DNA of 37,234 bases, from positions 1-37,234 of the IMG/VR virus record IMGVR_UViG_3300042262_000164, one strand, 5' to 3'. The position numbers and the translations under genes are program-made. Below the pieces are notes generated by a model that searched no databases, was not told the origin of the DNA, and saw nothing but the letters and a program-made list of their open reading frames with translations. Shown in pieces: positions 36,102-37,234 of the stretch (positions within the stretch are counted from its first letter, which is position 1; every line of letters starts with the position of its first letter). The stretch is from a virus (taxonomy: Duplodnaviria > Caudoviricetes).

Positions 36102-36322
36102 CGCTTCTCTCGCGACCGGAGCCAGTCTCGCACCGACTCGCGGCGATAGAGCACGCGCATGCCGAGCTTGATCGAGGGCGGTCCGATCCGCAGCGCCGTC
36201 CAGCGCCGCAGCGTGTCGACTGAGATCCTCAGCTCCGTCGCCAGCGCCTTCTGCGTGAGCCACTCCGATAGCACCGCCGCGTCCGCCGGGTCGCCCTCCG
36301 CTGCCTGTTCCTGCTCGATCAT
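36098..36322 (-). CDS. Excisionase/AlpA-like HTH DNA-binding protein
   Basis: WLTQKALATELRISVDTLRRW....GPPSIKLGMRVLYRRESVRDWL. Confidence 0.85.
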   Translation of the reverse strand: MIEQEQAAEGDPADAAVLSEWLTQKALATELRISVDTLRRWTALRIGPPSIKLGMRVLYRRESVRDWLRSREKR

Positions 36323-36627
36323 TCAGATACTCCCACTCGTCGTCCCGACCGCCGGGACGTTTCCTGCCGGGAGAGAACACCATGCCGCCCGAAGGCGCGT
36401 AGGCGGCGAGAGGCGGCGAGAGGCGGCAGGTCGCGAGGGCCGCCCGCCTACGCGGGACAAATATCGTGAGGCGAGCAAAATTGCTCTCGTGCAACCTGAG
36501 GTGATGTGGCAAAGGTGCCCGGCATTACCTGCCGACCTGATTCATTTGTGACCGAAACAAGCATCATTGCGCGAGAAACGCGGCGGGAACGCGTGAGGAA
36601 ACAGCCTGGACTAATGGAGTGCATATC

Positions 36628-37224
36628 ATGGCCCTGCCTCGTCGATTTCTGTGGTCGATCACCGAGACAGCCGTGCGCTGGAATTGCCTACCTGCCGACA
36701 TCATCGATTGGTGCCTGTCTGACCAGCTCGAGATCACCACGGCCGTATCCTGGGTGCTGACGGAAGCGGGCGAGTCGTCTGGATTGATGATGGTTCCGCC
36801 CGAGACCTTCGTTCGCATGTTTCGCCGCGATGGTACCGGTCCTCGGAGCGCCACGGTCCGCTGGCTTCGTCGGCGCGGCCAGGAACAATGTTGGCAGCGC
36901 ATCCTCGAGCCCGCGGATGGACTGACGCTCGAAGCCGCCGATCTTGTGCTCACCAGCGACGCGGTCGACCGGTTCGAGGAACAGCACGAACTCGGGCAGC
37001 GGCCGCGCAATCACCAGGGCGGCGCCTCGAAATGGGATTGGGAAGGGTTCTACGCGGCGTTGATCCTACGCGTGCACGAGCATGGCCTGCCTGATCAGCA
37101 AACGGACCTGGTGAATGACATGCTCAGCTGGTTCGAGCAGCGCTCGGAGACCGGTGAGGCGCCCGACGTCAGCACGATCCGCAAGAAGGTCGCCGCGATC
37201 TGGCGCGAGTTGCGCGCCGCCTGA
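36628..37224 (+). CDS. Hypothetical prophage protein, possibly regulatory
   Basis: ATG 36628 with GGAG RBS; SITETAVRWNC..ADI N-terminus and KWDWEGF...PDVSTIRKKV C-terminus; divergent from the excisionase-like gene. Confidence 0.7.
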   Translation: MALPRRFLWSITETAVRWNCLPADIIDWCLSDQLEITTAVSWVLTEAGESSGLMMVPPETFVRMFRRDGTGPRSATVRWLRRRGQEQCWQRILEPADGLTLEAADLVLTSDAVDRFEEQHELGQRPRNHQGGASKWDWEGFYAALILRVHEHGLPDQQTDLVNDMLSWFEQRSETGEAPDVSTIRKKVAAIWRELRAA

Positions 37225-37234
37225 TCAGGCGGCG

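Larger units (their letters stand above)
6812..37234 (-). mobile_element. Prophage: lambda-like head/packaging module with RcGTA-like tail tip; boundaries not determined
   Basis: Contiguous terminase-portal-protease-capsid-tail-lysin order plus replication genes; no integrase or att site seen in the window. Confidence 0.93.

Noticed and set aside
1-37234. CRISPR array, tRNA, rRNA, IS elements
   Set aside because: No repeat-spacer periodicity, cloverleaf, rRNA-like or transposase signature noticed by eye

Overview
High-GC (about 70%) alphaproteobacterial-type DNA with two parts. (1) 6.8-37.2 kb is a largely intact siphovirus-like prophage, mostly on the minus strand. From right to left it has an early/replication block (AlpA/excisionase-like HTH, HTH replication initiator with iteron-like repeats, loader-like gene, DUF6362-like regulator) and a lambda cosQ/cosN-like site. 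Next come a decoration-protein/SGNH-esterase/CBM-like fusion, a holin-like gene, a ParB-DNA methyltransferase coupled to a PLD-like protein, and an inverted lower-GC three-gene moron. A lambda-type head module (terS, terL, gpW, portal, S49 protease with nested scaffold, decoration, gpE capsid) follows, then a tail module with a -1 frameshift chaperone, an RcGTA-like tail tip and an endolysin. No integrase or att site is visible; the element probably continues past the right edge. (2) 1-6.5 kb is a tandem array of CHAT (caspase-like) protease-STAND NTPase-helical/TPR genes: two long paralogs, one of which runs off the left edge and is missing from the ORF track, plus a decayed third 5' remnant and a 105-aa hydrophobic partner gene. 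The paralogs are nearly identical over the protease and NTPase but have strongly diverged, AT-rich C-termini. This candidate protease-activated defence system and the capsid-decoration/esterase fusion are the most interesting items. All family calls come from motif recognition by eye, not from database searches.
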